A stretch of DNA of 64,000 bases, taken from contig CP158636.1 of the NCBI GenBank assembly GCA_050273025.1, positions 1,984,001-2,048,000 on the forward strand, in the 5' to 3' direction. Source of the DNA: Cenococcum geophilum (Eukaryota). Of the stretch, positions 1 through 12,894 are shown in pieces. A program made the translations under genes and the position numbers. Numbering within the stretch: the stretch's first letter is position 1; every line of letters starts with the position of its first letter. The notes beneath the pieces are model-generated. The model did no database searches, had not been told where the DNA came from, and was given only the letters and a program-made list of their open reading frames with translations.

Positions 1-2382
1 TTCTGTTTTAAAGTATATCTTAAGATCTACTTCTATAAGCTAAGGGTATTTAAGGATAAGGTTATAACCTATAAAGTTAGCCGCCTAAAAGGGTTGTGGG
101 CTAACTACCTTAGTATAGTTATATATATCGGCTACTAATACTATAAGCTTATAGGCACTATATAGTTTAATTTAATGCTTATCTAGGAAGCCTATAATAG
201 GTTTCTACTACCTTTATAATGGGATAAGTTTATACTCTTTTACCAAATTATATTATATAAGATTAATTTTAACGCCACTATTATATAGTGCTTAGAACTA
301 ACACATCTTACCTATAAGGAGTGTTATTTCTAGCTTAATAGTAATATAGAGAGTCTCTTCTACTATATCTTACTCTAATTACTACTAAGAGAGCTCCGCG
401 ACTAGGGCTTTTCTTTTTTTAGATTATTAGTGCGGTTATTACCCTACTTGTTTTTCTAATAAGATCTACCTTTAGAGTTTTTTCTTAACTTCTTAAAGTG
501 TTCCTATAAAGGTGCCGGATAGGTATTAGGTTGGCCCTAGGAGTCTTTCCTATTATTTAAGGTTTCTAACTTTAACCCTTCTAAAGTTCTCCTTAAAAAC
601 GGCTTCTTTAAAGGTTAGGCCTGCCCTATATTACTACTAAAGTGCCCGCGCTTTTAATAACCCTTTAGCTTTCTACTAGAAGAGGTCTAATTCCTTATTA
701 TATCTTTAGCGTTTAAAACTACTCGTTTAAAATCCATATATATAATAATCTATAATAGGGCTCCTACGCGCTTTATTTTGTTATAAATTGCTAGCTTAAT
801 TCTAGCCTAGATAAACCCAATCTTCTCCTTCTTATAAATGCTACCGTTTTTATTTTTAAAGGGCTCTAGATCTATCTGTTAAGTATAAGTTTTTATAAAG
901 TTTATAAACTAGCGGAAGTTATAATAGTTAAGCTATATCCTATTTTAGAACAGCTCTATATTATTATATTATATAATATATAGATCTTAAGTCTATTTCT
1001 TTAAAAAGGGTTACAGCTATAGCTATATAGTAATTTACTCTTTATTAAGCTAATTAAGTGTGATCTAGTTTAGCGATTAGTCTTTAATCTTGCTAATAAT
1101 CTAGCGTATACGCTCTTTAGTATTATCTTATATTATTAGTATCTTAAAGAAGTTGTCTACTTTATAAACCCAATCGTCCAACTACTAGGCATTAGGTTTA
1201 TAGCGGAGTTCTAAACTACTAAAGGCCTTAGCTAGTTAGTTTATATCCTTTTTCTATTTATAGCGTAGGTAACTCTCTAAGTCTTTTATACCTTCTTAGG
1301 TAAGTACTAAGTAGCTCCTAGAAAGCCCTTAGCCTTAGTTAGGTTATAAAAGATTTTATCTAGCCTAAATTAAGCTCTGCTAGATTTAAACCTGCCCCTA
1401 AAGGTTTCTAATATATTTATTAGTAGCTCCTTTCTATATAGCTTCTAAGAGCCTTACAGCAGCTTCCTAATATCCATCCTAAAGAATATTAGTTTAGGGC
1501 CCTTAACTTTCTAACCTCGGCCTTAAGAAAGCTCTAGCTATAGAGGTAGTATTAATACTAGTAGCTAGTGTAGATTTCCCTATAAGGCTTAAGTCTTAAG
1601 TTAGTAGTTAGTTTAAATTACCTAAAGAGGTAGGCCCGCTTAGCTTATAAGTAGTCTATATACCGCTACTATACTAATTATAGGCCGGTAGTCTTCCGGG
1701 AAAGTTCTAGTTAGTTCCCTAGTTAAATATATTAGTATATTCCTCTAGCATTTCTAGCTTAAAGGAAGATCTTAAAGTCGCCTTTAGCGCTTAATCTTCT
1801 AATTAGCCTAGGTAGGGCTAAAGGGTTTTAGTTACTTTTTAGTAGCGTTATAACTATTATAAAGGGTGTTTACGTTTTCCTTAGCAGTAACCATAGGTAT
1901 ATAAAAGTCTTTAAGCTCTTAAAGCATTTAGGTATTAGGGCTCGTTTAGCCGTCTTGCCTAAAGGGTTATATTATCGCAATCTCTTACTATTAGAGGGAC
2001 CTTTCTACCTTAGCGCAACAGCTCTCTATAAGGTGCCCGTGGAGTTTTTATTTAAGTTATTACAAGATTTTTAAGGAAGGATAGTGGTTATAAATAAAAG
2101 ATATAAATAAATAATCTGGTCCTTAAAGCCGACTACCCTTTTAAAAAAAGTAGGAAGAATTTAAATATAAGGGGATCTTGTAAATAGGGGGCTATAAGGA
2201 TATAATTATAGAATAGGATAGATTAGTAAGAGAGATAAATCCTTAAGGAGGTAAGGCCTTTAGGATTATAGAGACTATATACTATAGGTATATGCCTTTA
2301 GTATATAACCGGTAACTATCTAAGGGGCGTTTAGGGGTTGTTCTAAGGGTATCCTAAGGTGTCCGCAATAATATCCCTTATA
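1..2382 (-). mobile_element. Ty3/Gypsy LTR retrotransposon family A, partial copy (5' LTR 2166-2382, gag, protease; continues off the left edge), RIP-mutated
   Basis: Reverse complement of 35890-~38270. The 217-bp LTR matches 35890-36106 and 44600-44816. Inserted into an older pogo transposase. Confidence 0.92.
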
Positions 2383-3971
2383 AATAGCGACTGCCCGGCT
2401 TATTATATTAGAGCTTATAATAACCTTTAAAGTTATAGCTATACCCATTATAAATCTAGTCTTATTAAAGTTATAGGTATCCTTATTAAGTATACTATAT
2501 ATAATGGAACCTTGTAGCAGAAACTACGATAGGCTTATTATTAGGCTAGGTGTATAGGAAATGCAAGTATAAAAGTTAACAAGTAATAATAACTGGTGGA
2601 GTAGCTGCCTAATAGATTAACTCTAATTATATTCTAAGAATTACTATAAAGAAGGAACTATCTAGGTAGGGATTAAGGGTCCTTAAATACACAACCGTAC
2701 TCCTATAAAATTCTTTTTATATATAATATATGTCTTATATATAAGGTACGTAAGTTCCTTACGTTCCTCTTGTTTAATATAGCATATTATATAACCTTAG
2801 TTACTATTCCTCGTTATATAGTTTTACCGGTTTTATCCTAGACCGTACCTAAATTAACCAACTAGCTTCTTTTAACTCTTCCCTAAGTAGTTATAATATT
2901 ATACTTAAAGCGTCTATAACACTATCTCCCTCCTTTTTATCTTTGTCCTTAAAGATCTAAAATATCTCTAAGTTATTTATTAGAGGTATAATATCTATCT
3001 AATTAATTTAGTTAATATTATTACTTATTATACCTAAAGCAATTTCTTCTTTACACGCCTAACGTCGTGCTCGCACTATTGCTGTAATATTATCTCTTAG
3101 TAAGATTATACTATCTCTATATTCTCGCTGTTTAAAAAAGGGGTTAGTTTATATTACGTTGGCAAACCCATCTTCGTAATAACCGTTCTCTTACTTAGAG
3201 TGTACTAAAGCGAATATTTATTTGTCCTGTAACGTTCGCTTTACCTCTAATACTAAATATACGCAACTTATTACTCTTAATAGTCGTCTAGTTCCCTAAT
3301 TAATTTGTCTTAGGGTCTTATATTTAATCTGCTATTACGCGGCTAGATAGTAAACTGTCTTAAGCCCTTATTAAGTTAGAACGTTCTTATAACGCGGAAT
3401 AAAAGGCCCTAAATACCTAGATTATAGCGTCTACTCGTTTACTTCGTCTTAAGAAGTTTTATAAGAAGGTTCGTTTTAAGGAGTAAAAACTTATAGAATA
3501 GGGTCTATAGGAACTTAGTAATAAAAGAACGGATTCTTTTCTAATAGAGAAGGAAATAGATCTAAGTAGTTCGGCAACTGCTCTTCTTAGGTCCCCCTTA
3601 GGTAACTTATTCTTTAGTAATTCTTCTTTATTAATACTTCCTAACCTAATTTCTTTTAATACTTCTATACCTTTCCTATAACATTCTTTAAATTCTTTAG
3701 TAGTTCCTAGGTAGTCTTATTATAGCCTATCCACTTAACCTTATACTATATTTTGTTGTTAATATCCTTATAATTAATAATCTTTAAAACTTGCTATTTA
3801 TCTCCTTCTTATCCTCTATATATGTCTACTTTATAAACTAGTGGCTTAATATTCCTATATACTAGCTCTAGCACTGCGATATGCTATATAGGGTAGATCT
3901 TTATTTTAGCTAGTAGGTTTAACTTAAACGTAACTAGTAAAATTCTTTATATAATTTTAAAGGGTCCTAGT

Positions 3972-6900
3972 TGTAACGGAACCTTATAGCAAGTACTACG
4001 GTAGGTCCTGTTATTGGGCTAGGTGTATAGGAAATGCAAATAATAATAGTCGACAATAATAACAACTAGTAGAGTGGTTGCCTAACAGATTAACTCTAAT
4101 TATATTCTAAGAATCACTATAAGGAAGGAACTATCTAGGTAGGGACTAAGGGTCCTTAAATACACAACTATACTCCTATAAAATCCTTCTTATACGTAAT
4201 ATACGTCTTATACGCGAGGTACGTAAGTTTCTCTCATTCCTTTTATTTAACACGTAGCACATTATATAACCTCGGTTACTATTCCTCATCATATAGTTCT
4301 ATCGGCTCCATTTTAGACCGTGCCTAAATTAACCAACTAGCTTCTTCTAACTCTTCTCCAAGTAGTTGTAATATTGTACTTAAAGCGTCCGTAACACTAT
4401 CTCCCTCCTCTTTATCTTTATTCTTAAAGATTTAAAACATCTCTAAGTTGTTTACTAGAGGTATAATATCCGTCTAATTAATTTAGTTAATATTATTACT
4501 TATTATACCTAAAGCAATTTCTTCTTTACACGCCCAACGTTGTGCTCGCACTATTGCTACAATATTATCTCTTAGTAAGATTATACCGTCTCCGTATTCT
4601 CGTTATGTAAAAGAGGGGTTAGTTTATATTGCGTTGGCGAGTCTATCTTCTTAATAACTATCCTTTTGTTCGGAGTGCACTAAGGCAAATATTTATTCGT
4701 CCTGTAACGTTCGCTCTACCTCTAATACTAAATATGCGCGACTTATTACCCTTAATAGTTGTCTAGTTCCCTAATTGATTTATCTTAGGGTCTTATATTT
4801 AATCTACTGCTATGCGGCTTAATAGTAAACTATCTTAAGCCCTTACTAAGCTAAAATGTTCTTATAATGCGGAACAGAAAGCTCTAAATACTCAGATTGC
4901 GGCATCTACTCATTTACTTCGTCTTAAGAAGGGTTATAAAAAGGTTCGTTTTAAAGAGTAGAAACTTATAGAATAAGGTCTTTAGGAACTTAGTAATGAG
5001 AGAACTAACTTTCTTTCTGTAAAGGGAACAACTCTAAGTAGTTCGGCAGTCGCTCTTCCTGGGTCCCCCTTAGGTAACTTATTTTTTTGCGATTCTTCTT
5101 TATCGATATTGCCTGACCTATTTTCTTTTAATACTCCTATACCTTTCCTATAGCGTTCTTTAAATTTTCTAGTAGCTCCTAGGTAGTTTTAGTATAGCCT
5201 ATTTACTTAACCTTATACCATATTTTATCGTTAACGTCCTTATAACTAACGATCCTTAAAACTTGCTATTTATCTTCTTCTTACCCTCTATACGTATCTG
5301 CTTTATAAACTAGTAGCTTAATATTCCCGTATACTAGCTCTAGCATCGCGATATGCTATATAGGGTAGATCTTTATTTCAGCTAGTAGGTTTAACTTAAA
5401 CATAACCGGTGAAATTCTTTATGTAATTTTAAAAGGTCCTAGTCTAACATAGTCTAACTTCTTACTTAGTTGTTAACTCTTAAAATTTTTATATAGTAGC
5501 CACACTTTATCTCCCTCCTTAAGATCTGGTCCCTTAGATCTCTTAGCGTTATAGTACCTTTTTATCCTTTATTATACTACCTTAGCTATTTCTATAAGGT
5601 TTGCATAAAGATTTATTAAAGTCTCTATTCTTTACTTAGCTCTACTACTCGTTTTCTTTACTTATTATAGCAATAATAATGTTCTTAGCTTATATCCGTA
5701 ATTCGCCCTAAATAGTAACATTCCTATTCCTTCTTAAGGTATTACATTGTATATAAACTATATAATTAGTAATAACAATACCTAATTATTCTATACGTAA
5801 TTAATATAGTGCCTTAGATACTACTCTAGTGTCTAGTTTAATCTTTCTATTTAACTGTCTATCTGCGAATAATATGCGGTAAAAGTTGCTGCTTAAACTC
5901 CTTATTCCGCTAAGAATACCTCCTAAAATACTACTATAAATCTTAGATCTCTATCTAATATAATTTTACCTAGTGCTCTATATCTTATAAACACTTCTTT
6001 AATATAGATTCTAGCAATATTTTCCGCTAAGATTTCTTCTATATATACTATAAAGTATCCCCACTTTATAAGCTTATCTACTATTACTAAGATTACGTTA
6101 TAATCTTATCCAGTAATAGGATCTCTTAACTTTAGTAACTTAATAATAAAGTCCTATAATATAACCTCCTATAGTCTCTCTAGTATTTTAATAGGTTATA
6201 GCCCTCCATATAGCTTATACCTCGTTAGTTTATTCCTTTAGCAATTTAGATATTTCTTAGTGACCTTCCTAGCTATCCTCTAGATTCCGTTAATAATATA
6301 CTCCTTCTAGAGTCTTAATACTAAGCCCGTAGCTCTATTATATCCTTAAGTTAGTCCCTTATAGAAGTCCTTTATAAACTACTTAGCTATGCTTCTTAGG
6401 ATATACTTTACTTCTTAGTTTTTATATATATCCAACTATAGATCTTCTAGTTATGCTTTTAGAATTCTTTATACCTAAAAGCTTTCTAGTAACTTATAAA
6501 CTCCCTTTAATTTATCTTCTTATATTGCTATAATTTTTAGATAATTATATCTAATTAATCCGTCTATATCTTTTCGCAGTAAAGCCCCTAATGGCTTTTC
6601 GTCATTTTATAGTTTAGCCTTTTAACTTAACGTATCTGCTTATATATTGTCTATACCCTTAGTATACTAAATCTTAAAATAGTATTCTGTAAGCATTTCC
6701 GCCCATTTAACCTGTCTTTAGTTAAGTTCCTTTATTATTAGAAATCCTATTAGGTTCTTATAATCCGTCTTAACTATAAATAGTTTCTCTATACCTTGCA
6801 AGAATGCTCTCTATTTCTTTAGTACTATAACTATACCTAATAACTCCTTATTATAGATATTATAGTTTAACTCTAGTAGTATTATCTTCTAACTATAGTA

Positions 6901-9900
6901 TACTACTAGGTACTATCTATTTGGATATTTTTATATAAAGTATACTCCTAATATAAAGTTTAATATATCTATTTCTATAACCGTCTCTAGTCCTAGTTAA
7001 TAGATGTTAAGAACTGGCTCCTAGGTAAACAACCTCTTAACTTCCTTAAATAGCTCTTATTGCTCCTTTCCCTATACCTATAGTTCTTCTTTCTTTATTA
7101 ACTACGTAAATAGCTTAATGTCTTTTAACTACTGCGCTATAAACCTTCTATAGTAATTATAAAACCCTAAAAATAATCTTAATTGCGTAACGTTCTCTAG
7201 TTCTTACTAATTTACTATAGCCTTAATCTTTTTTGGATCTATACTAAGTTGGCCTAGTTTAATAATAAATCCTACGAAATCGGTTTTCCTAGTAAAGAAC
7301 TCGTATTTCTTAATTGCTACTAGCATCTGTTCTTTTTATAATCTCTTTAAGACCTATTTAACGTGTTCTTTATATTCTTCCTTAGTTATTAAGTAGATAA
7401 TAATATTATTAAGGTATACTATAACAAATTTATCTAAGTGTTTTCCTAATATATTATTAATACGCTTCTAGAACGTTGCTAGTACATTTATAAGCCTAAA
7501 TTATATAACTAATAGTTTATATAGTCCTTTCTTTAACCTAAAGGCTGCCTTCTATTTATCGTCTTCCTTAATTCTAATCTAATAGTACGCCTATCTTAAA
7601 TCTATCTTTGTAAAGATTTGCGCATTACCTATCCTATTTTAGATTTCGCTAATTAAGGGTAAAGGATACCTATCCTTTCTTATAATGCTGTTTAACTGTC
7701 TATAGTTAATATACAGTCTTAGTTTACCATTCTTCTTTAGTATAAATAGTACTGGATAACCTGTTAATAACTGCGATAGTCTAATATATCCCTTTTATAA
7801 GTTCTCTTAGACAAACTTCTTTAATACTCTACCTTCTTCTTCAGTAAGCTTATAGATCAGAAAGAATCTTAGACTTATTCCTAGTTCTAATTCTATCTTA
7901 TAGTCCTATGCTATATATTCTAATAGCTTTTCACTCTTAGGTAACCATAATTTCTTGCCATACTTTTAGTATCTCTTTAGTATATAGCTTAGCCCTTTTT
8001 CTATTTCTTTATAGGTCGCTCCTACTTAGTATTATACTAACTTGGCTTATTATCGCATCTTATAGTATTAAGTATCTCTAATATTAATCTACCCTATAAT
8101 CTAATTAATCTTTAGATTATATTTCTGTAACTAAGGCATTCCTAGTACTGCCTTATCGTTTCCTAATAGTAATATGTTAAAAGATATCTCGATTTATCTT
8201 CCCTTAATAATTAGCTAAATAGGTCCTATTTTAAGATTAATAATGCCTCCTCTATAGGCTATCAGATCTCCTAAAATTATTACTAATAGGTAAGGACGTT
8301 TCTTCTATTTGTGTGGTAATCCCATTCTTTTAACTACTACTAGCGAGATATAGTTTCTTATCGCTCTACTATTTATTAGTGCCTCAAACTATTAATCTTG
8401 CTATTTAACTTATAAATTTAGGTATTATCCTTAAATTCCTTTAAGGGTCTAAGGCTCTATTACTAGCTCCCTCTAGTTCTATAGGCCTCTACTTTTCCTA
8501 ACTATTGGCTACTAGATCCTGTTTATACTTAGTCTAACTTAAGCCAATACTTAGTTCGCTTTTTATCTTTAATATACTATAGATAGGTATTCTCTAGACA
8601 TTCCCACCATTGTCGTCTATCTAGGCATTCTTCCGTAAGGAATCTTCCTAGTTAAAGTATTAAGTTCCCTTGTTCTTAAACTTCTATAGGGAGCTAACTA
8701 TATATATACTTAGCGTTTTAATACTTTACCTTGTCCATTATCCAATATATCCTTACTAAATACTTCCGATTTTTGTCCTTTAGTGCTCTATATATATTAT
8801 ACGCATTATCCACGTATGCTATCTATAATAGTATATAATATGCTTAATATCTTAGGTTAACTCTTGGCTTATCTTCGTCCTTAAGTTTAAACCTTTCTCG
8901 TATTAATCTAAGCGTTGCGACTTTATTCGTAGGTACTAAGATTCGTCTTTCGCTTCTCTAGTCCTCTAATTACTCCTTTAGATCTTTTAATATTATAATT
9001 AAGGCTCCCTTAATATAAGTTATAGCCTTCTCTATAATTGGGTAGTTTTGGATAACTTTTTCGTCTAACCATATATAGAAATCTTCCCACTTGTCATTAT
9101 ATTGTTGCCTATACCACTTTTAATACAGCTGCTTAAGTGTATACGGCTTATCTATAAGGAAATATCTCTTTATTACTGCGTCGTAATAGCCTTTAGTATG
9201 TCGTTCTTTAAACCTAGTAAGGATCCCTAGATCCTCTTCTTACTCTAGTTTAGTAAGCTACTTAGCTCTTAGTATACCTATTCTAGGCCTATTAGTAATT
9301 CTTCGTACTAGCGCTCTGTCTCTTATACGTCCTAATATACTAAATCTCTTATCTAGTTTCTGTTCTTGCTATAAGGTAATTCTTACTCTAAATTCCTCTA
9401 TAGTTTTCTTTCTTTTGCGTCTTATAAGTGGATCCTTAAAGTCTTCTTGCTTTTTAATCTTAGTATTAACTTTTTAATCTTTAGGCCGAATACTATATTC
9501 GCCTAGTAGGTCCTCTAGGTCTATATATCTATCTCCTAGTCTAACTACTGTTTATATTACAGATTCTCTAATCTATAAAGAAGCTTCTTACCTCTTACTT
9601 ATAGGTATCCTAATTCGCACTCCAAATTCTTAGTCCCTTAAATTCTTTAATCTTGAGCCTGCTTTTAACCTAAGCTTGGCTCCCGCTTTAGTCTAACTAG
9701 GCGTCTATAGTGTTCTTATCTCATTTTAAGAGTCTTAAATCTTACTTATCTTAGCTTAAGAATCTTATGCTGTTAGGAATTCTTATCCCAAGCTTATTTA
9801 TATATCTTTAAACTAAGCTACTACTCTACTCTATCGGTTTTCGTCTATTATAGGTCCTTAAGCTATCCTTATCCTATCTTTAGAATCTTAGATCTTTTTT

Positions 9901-11999
9901 ATCTCGTCTTAAGAATTTTAAGCCTTTGGCCTTTTACGTTTATTAAGTGGTGAGCTAGCACTAGCAGTCGTCTGCTTGCTTAATTATCTCTAGATATTAC
10001 TCCTTCCGTCTCGCAAAGCGATAGATACCGTATTTAATGGTGTTATAATGCCCGTTACTAAACCTTACTCTATAGCGGTCTTAGTCTCTACTTCTACTAC
10101 GTTATTAAGGTTTAGATACCCCTAGTTGGTTCCTTTACTATCCTTATTGCTATTAATTAATAAATACTCTAACTCTATTATTATTATTACTAATTATTGT
10201 CTATATATTACTGTAATATCCTAATCTAGCTTATAGAGTCGATCTTATTCTTTATCTAACTCTATAGTTCCTTTAAGTCCTCTTAACTCTAGCTCTTGTG
10301 GCTAATAGCTTGCGCTATACTTAGCGTTTTTATAAATTTGGTATGCGTTGTTATAACAAAACACAAAACTTCTAATTAAACACTCTTTTGTTCCTTGCAG
10401 TATACTATTATTCCTCTATATATATATATCTTCTACTACTAGTCTAGTTCCCTTTATTATATAGTAACTCTAACTATCTTTATAATCTCTTATAAAGTAA
10501 CCCTATTTTCCGCAATTTATATAAGCTCCGTCTTTAAACTATTAATTTTACTATAGAGTCTACTTAAACGTCTTCTACTGCTAAGATCCCTAGTTTAGCC
10601 TATACTCCTTAGTCCTATAATTACTAGATCCTTAACCTCTAGGTTTTTATAGCTTCTTACTCCATCTCTTATAGGCTTCTTTAGTACCACTTAGGTCTAT
10701 CAGCTCTACGCCATACTATAGTTTTTAACTTAGCTTTAGTCGTTACGTACTCTACATTTTATATAACTATAGAACTTTATTCTAACCTCTCTTAGTCTAT
10801 TCCCTTTAGTAGATTCTATTATTAATCTTTATTACTTAATCTATTAGTTCCCTTAGGGTGTCCGTATCTTCCATTAGAATAATTATATCCTAGACTTTAG
10901 CCTTAAGTCCCTGTTTATACTGTGCTATAAGCGTCTTATTATTCTACTTAACTTATATTACTAACGTCTAAAATTGCGTTATATACTTAATTACTAAGGT
11001 TCGCTACGTAATATCTTAGAGTTTTCTTTCCGCTATAGTTACTGCCTTTAGGTCTCCAAACATTTATATAAGTCGCTCTATAAATCCGTTCTAGCTTAAG
11101 AACATAAACCGTACCTCTTAGTTTGTAGTCGTTATTCTATTTACCTAGATTTCTATAAGGTAAGGCTTAAACTATTTAAGTGCTCTTTTTATTAAGAACA
11201 ATCCTACGTACGCTATTTAATCCATAGGTATTGCTAGCTTTACTCCCTCTTACGCAACCTTAAAGTGCATTTGCGTAAGAAATTCTTTAAGCTTTAATCT
11301 CTCTCCTAAGAATCTTTTAATTAATAGTAACTTAACCTTTACTATGCCTATCCCATTAATCCTATTTTCTAACGTTATATTATTTTCTATTAGCCGGTCG
11401 ATTATCTCTTATAACTATCTAACCGTTACAGGTTACTGCGAGTTAGTATCTGCTATATTAGTGTCGTTACCTAACCTTAATATAGTTGCCGCCGTCGATG
11501 GCGTTATGGTGGCTGCTTTTGGTGGCATATTATCCGATTTACTTATATTTAATACTATAACTAGGTAGTAATTATATAACGGAACCTTGTAGTAAGTACT
11601 GCGGTGGGTCCTGTTATTAGGCTAGGTGTGTAGGAAATGCAAATAATAATAGTCGACAATAATAATAACTAGTAGAGTGGTTGCCTAATAGATTAACTCT
11701 AATTATATTCTAAGAATCACTATAAGGAAGGAACTATCTAGGTAGGGACTAAGGGTCCTTAAATACACAACCGTACTCCTATAAAATCCTTCTTATACGT
11801 AATATACGTCTTATACGCAAGGTACGTAAGTTCCTCCCGTTCCTCTTATTTAACACGTAGCACATTATATAACCTTAGTTACTATTCCTCGTTATATAGT
11901 TCTATTGGCTCTATTCTGGACCGTGCCTAAATTAACTAACTAGCTTCTTCCGACTCTTCTCTAAGTAGTCATAACATTGTACTTAAAGTGTCCGTAATA
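3972..11999 (-). mobile_element. Ty3/Gypsy chromovirus family B, inner full-length copy (B1), RIP-mutated; gag ~11528-8490, pol ~8490-5120 (PR-RT-RH-INT-chromodomain)
   Basis: 425-bp LTRs at 3972-4396 and 11575-11999. TSD CTAGT at 3967-3971 and 12000-12004. VYLDDI (read YLNNI) at ~7400-7418. GPF integrase motif at ~5430. Chromodomain EEDEWQV..I..H....WYEVEW.GY..TTWEP at ~5170-5280. Confidence 0.94.
4505..5153 (+). pseudogene. Antisense accessory gene of Gypsy family B with a Zn2Cys6-like Cys motif and one intron (RIP-inactivated); second copy at ~3030-3682
   Basis: De-RIP consensus of the two copies: MPKAISS.HAQRRARTVAAILSLGEIMPSPCSRC.KEGLVCIALASPSSRQPSSCSECTKANIRSSCDVRSTSD.EW. Putative intron 4734-4788 ([G>A]TGCGC...TCTTAG) restores the frame (T|GG). 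Confidence 0.65.
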
Positions 12000-12658
12000 C
12001 TAGTCTAACATAGTCTAACTTCTTACTTAGCTATTAACTTTTAAAATTTTTATATAGTAGCTATACTTTATCTCTCTCCTTAAGATCTGGTCCCTTAGAT
12101 CTCCTAGTATTATAATACCTTTTTATTTTCTCTTATACTTTCTTTACTAATTCTATAAGGTCTATATAAAGAGTTATTAATATCTTTATTCTTTCTTTAG
12201 CTATACTACTTATTTTCTTTACTTGTTATAGTAATAATAATATTCTTAGCTTATATCCGTAATTTGCCTTAAACGGTAATATACCTATTCCTTCTTAAGG
12301 TATTGCATTATATGCAAACTATATAATTAGTAATAGCGATACCTAATTATTTTATACGTAATTAATATAATGCCTTAGATACTGTTCTAGTGTCTAATTT
12401 AACCTTTTTATTTAACCGTTTATCTATAGATAATATATAGTAGAAGTTACTGCTCTAACTCCTTATTCCGCTAAGAATACCTCCTAAAATACTACTACGA
12501 ATCTTAGATCTCTATCCAATATAATCTTACTTAGTACTCTATATCTTATAAATACTTCTTTAATATAAATTCTAGCGATATCTTCTATTAATATTTCTTC
12601 TATATACGCTATAAAGTATCCTTACTTTATAAGCTTATCTACTATTACTAAGATTATA

Positions 12659-12894
12659 TGTTAGCTTTGCAGTGTGGGAGAATTAAATGAACGACTTAAT
12701 TGTGAATGTAGCTCTAGAGGCTCTATATATACACGAAGAAGGTAGAAGTGATGGGGTAATAGATAGCTGAAATGGAAACGGTAATCTGCCACCAATATTG
12801 ATCTGCAACCACTATATTGGGTGGTGTTGACGCCATCTCGGAGCCTTCTAAGCGGTGATCTTGTGTCTTAACGCAGTGTCGGTAGTCGGTTACA
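12659..12894. mobile_element. Solo LTR (236 bp) of a different family inserted in the B0 integrase
   Basis: Starts TGTTAG and ends GGTTACA. TSD TTATA on both sides. Absent from the homologous site in B1 (~6095). Confidence 0.88.
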
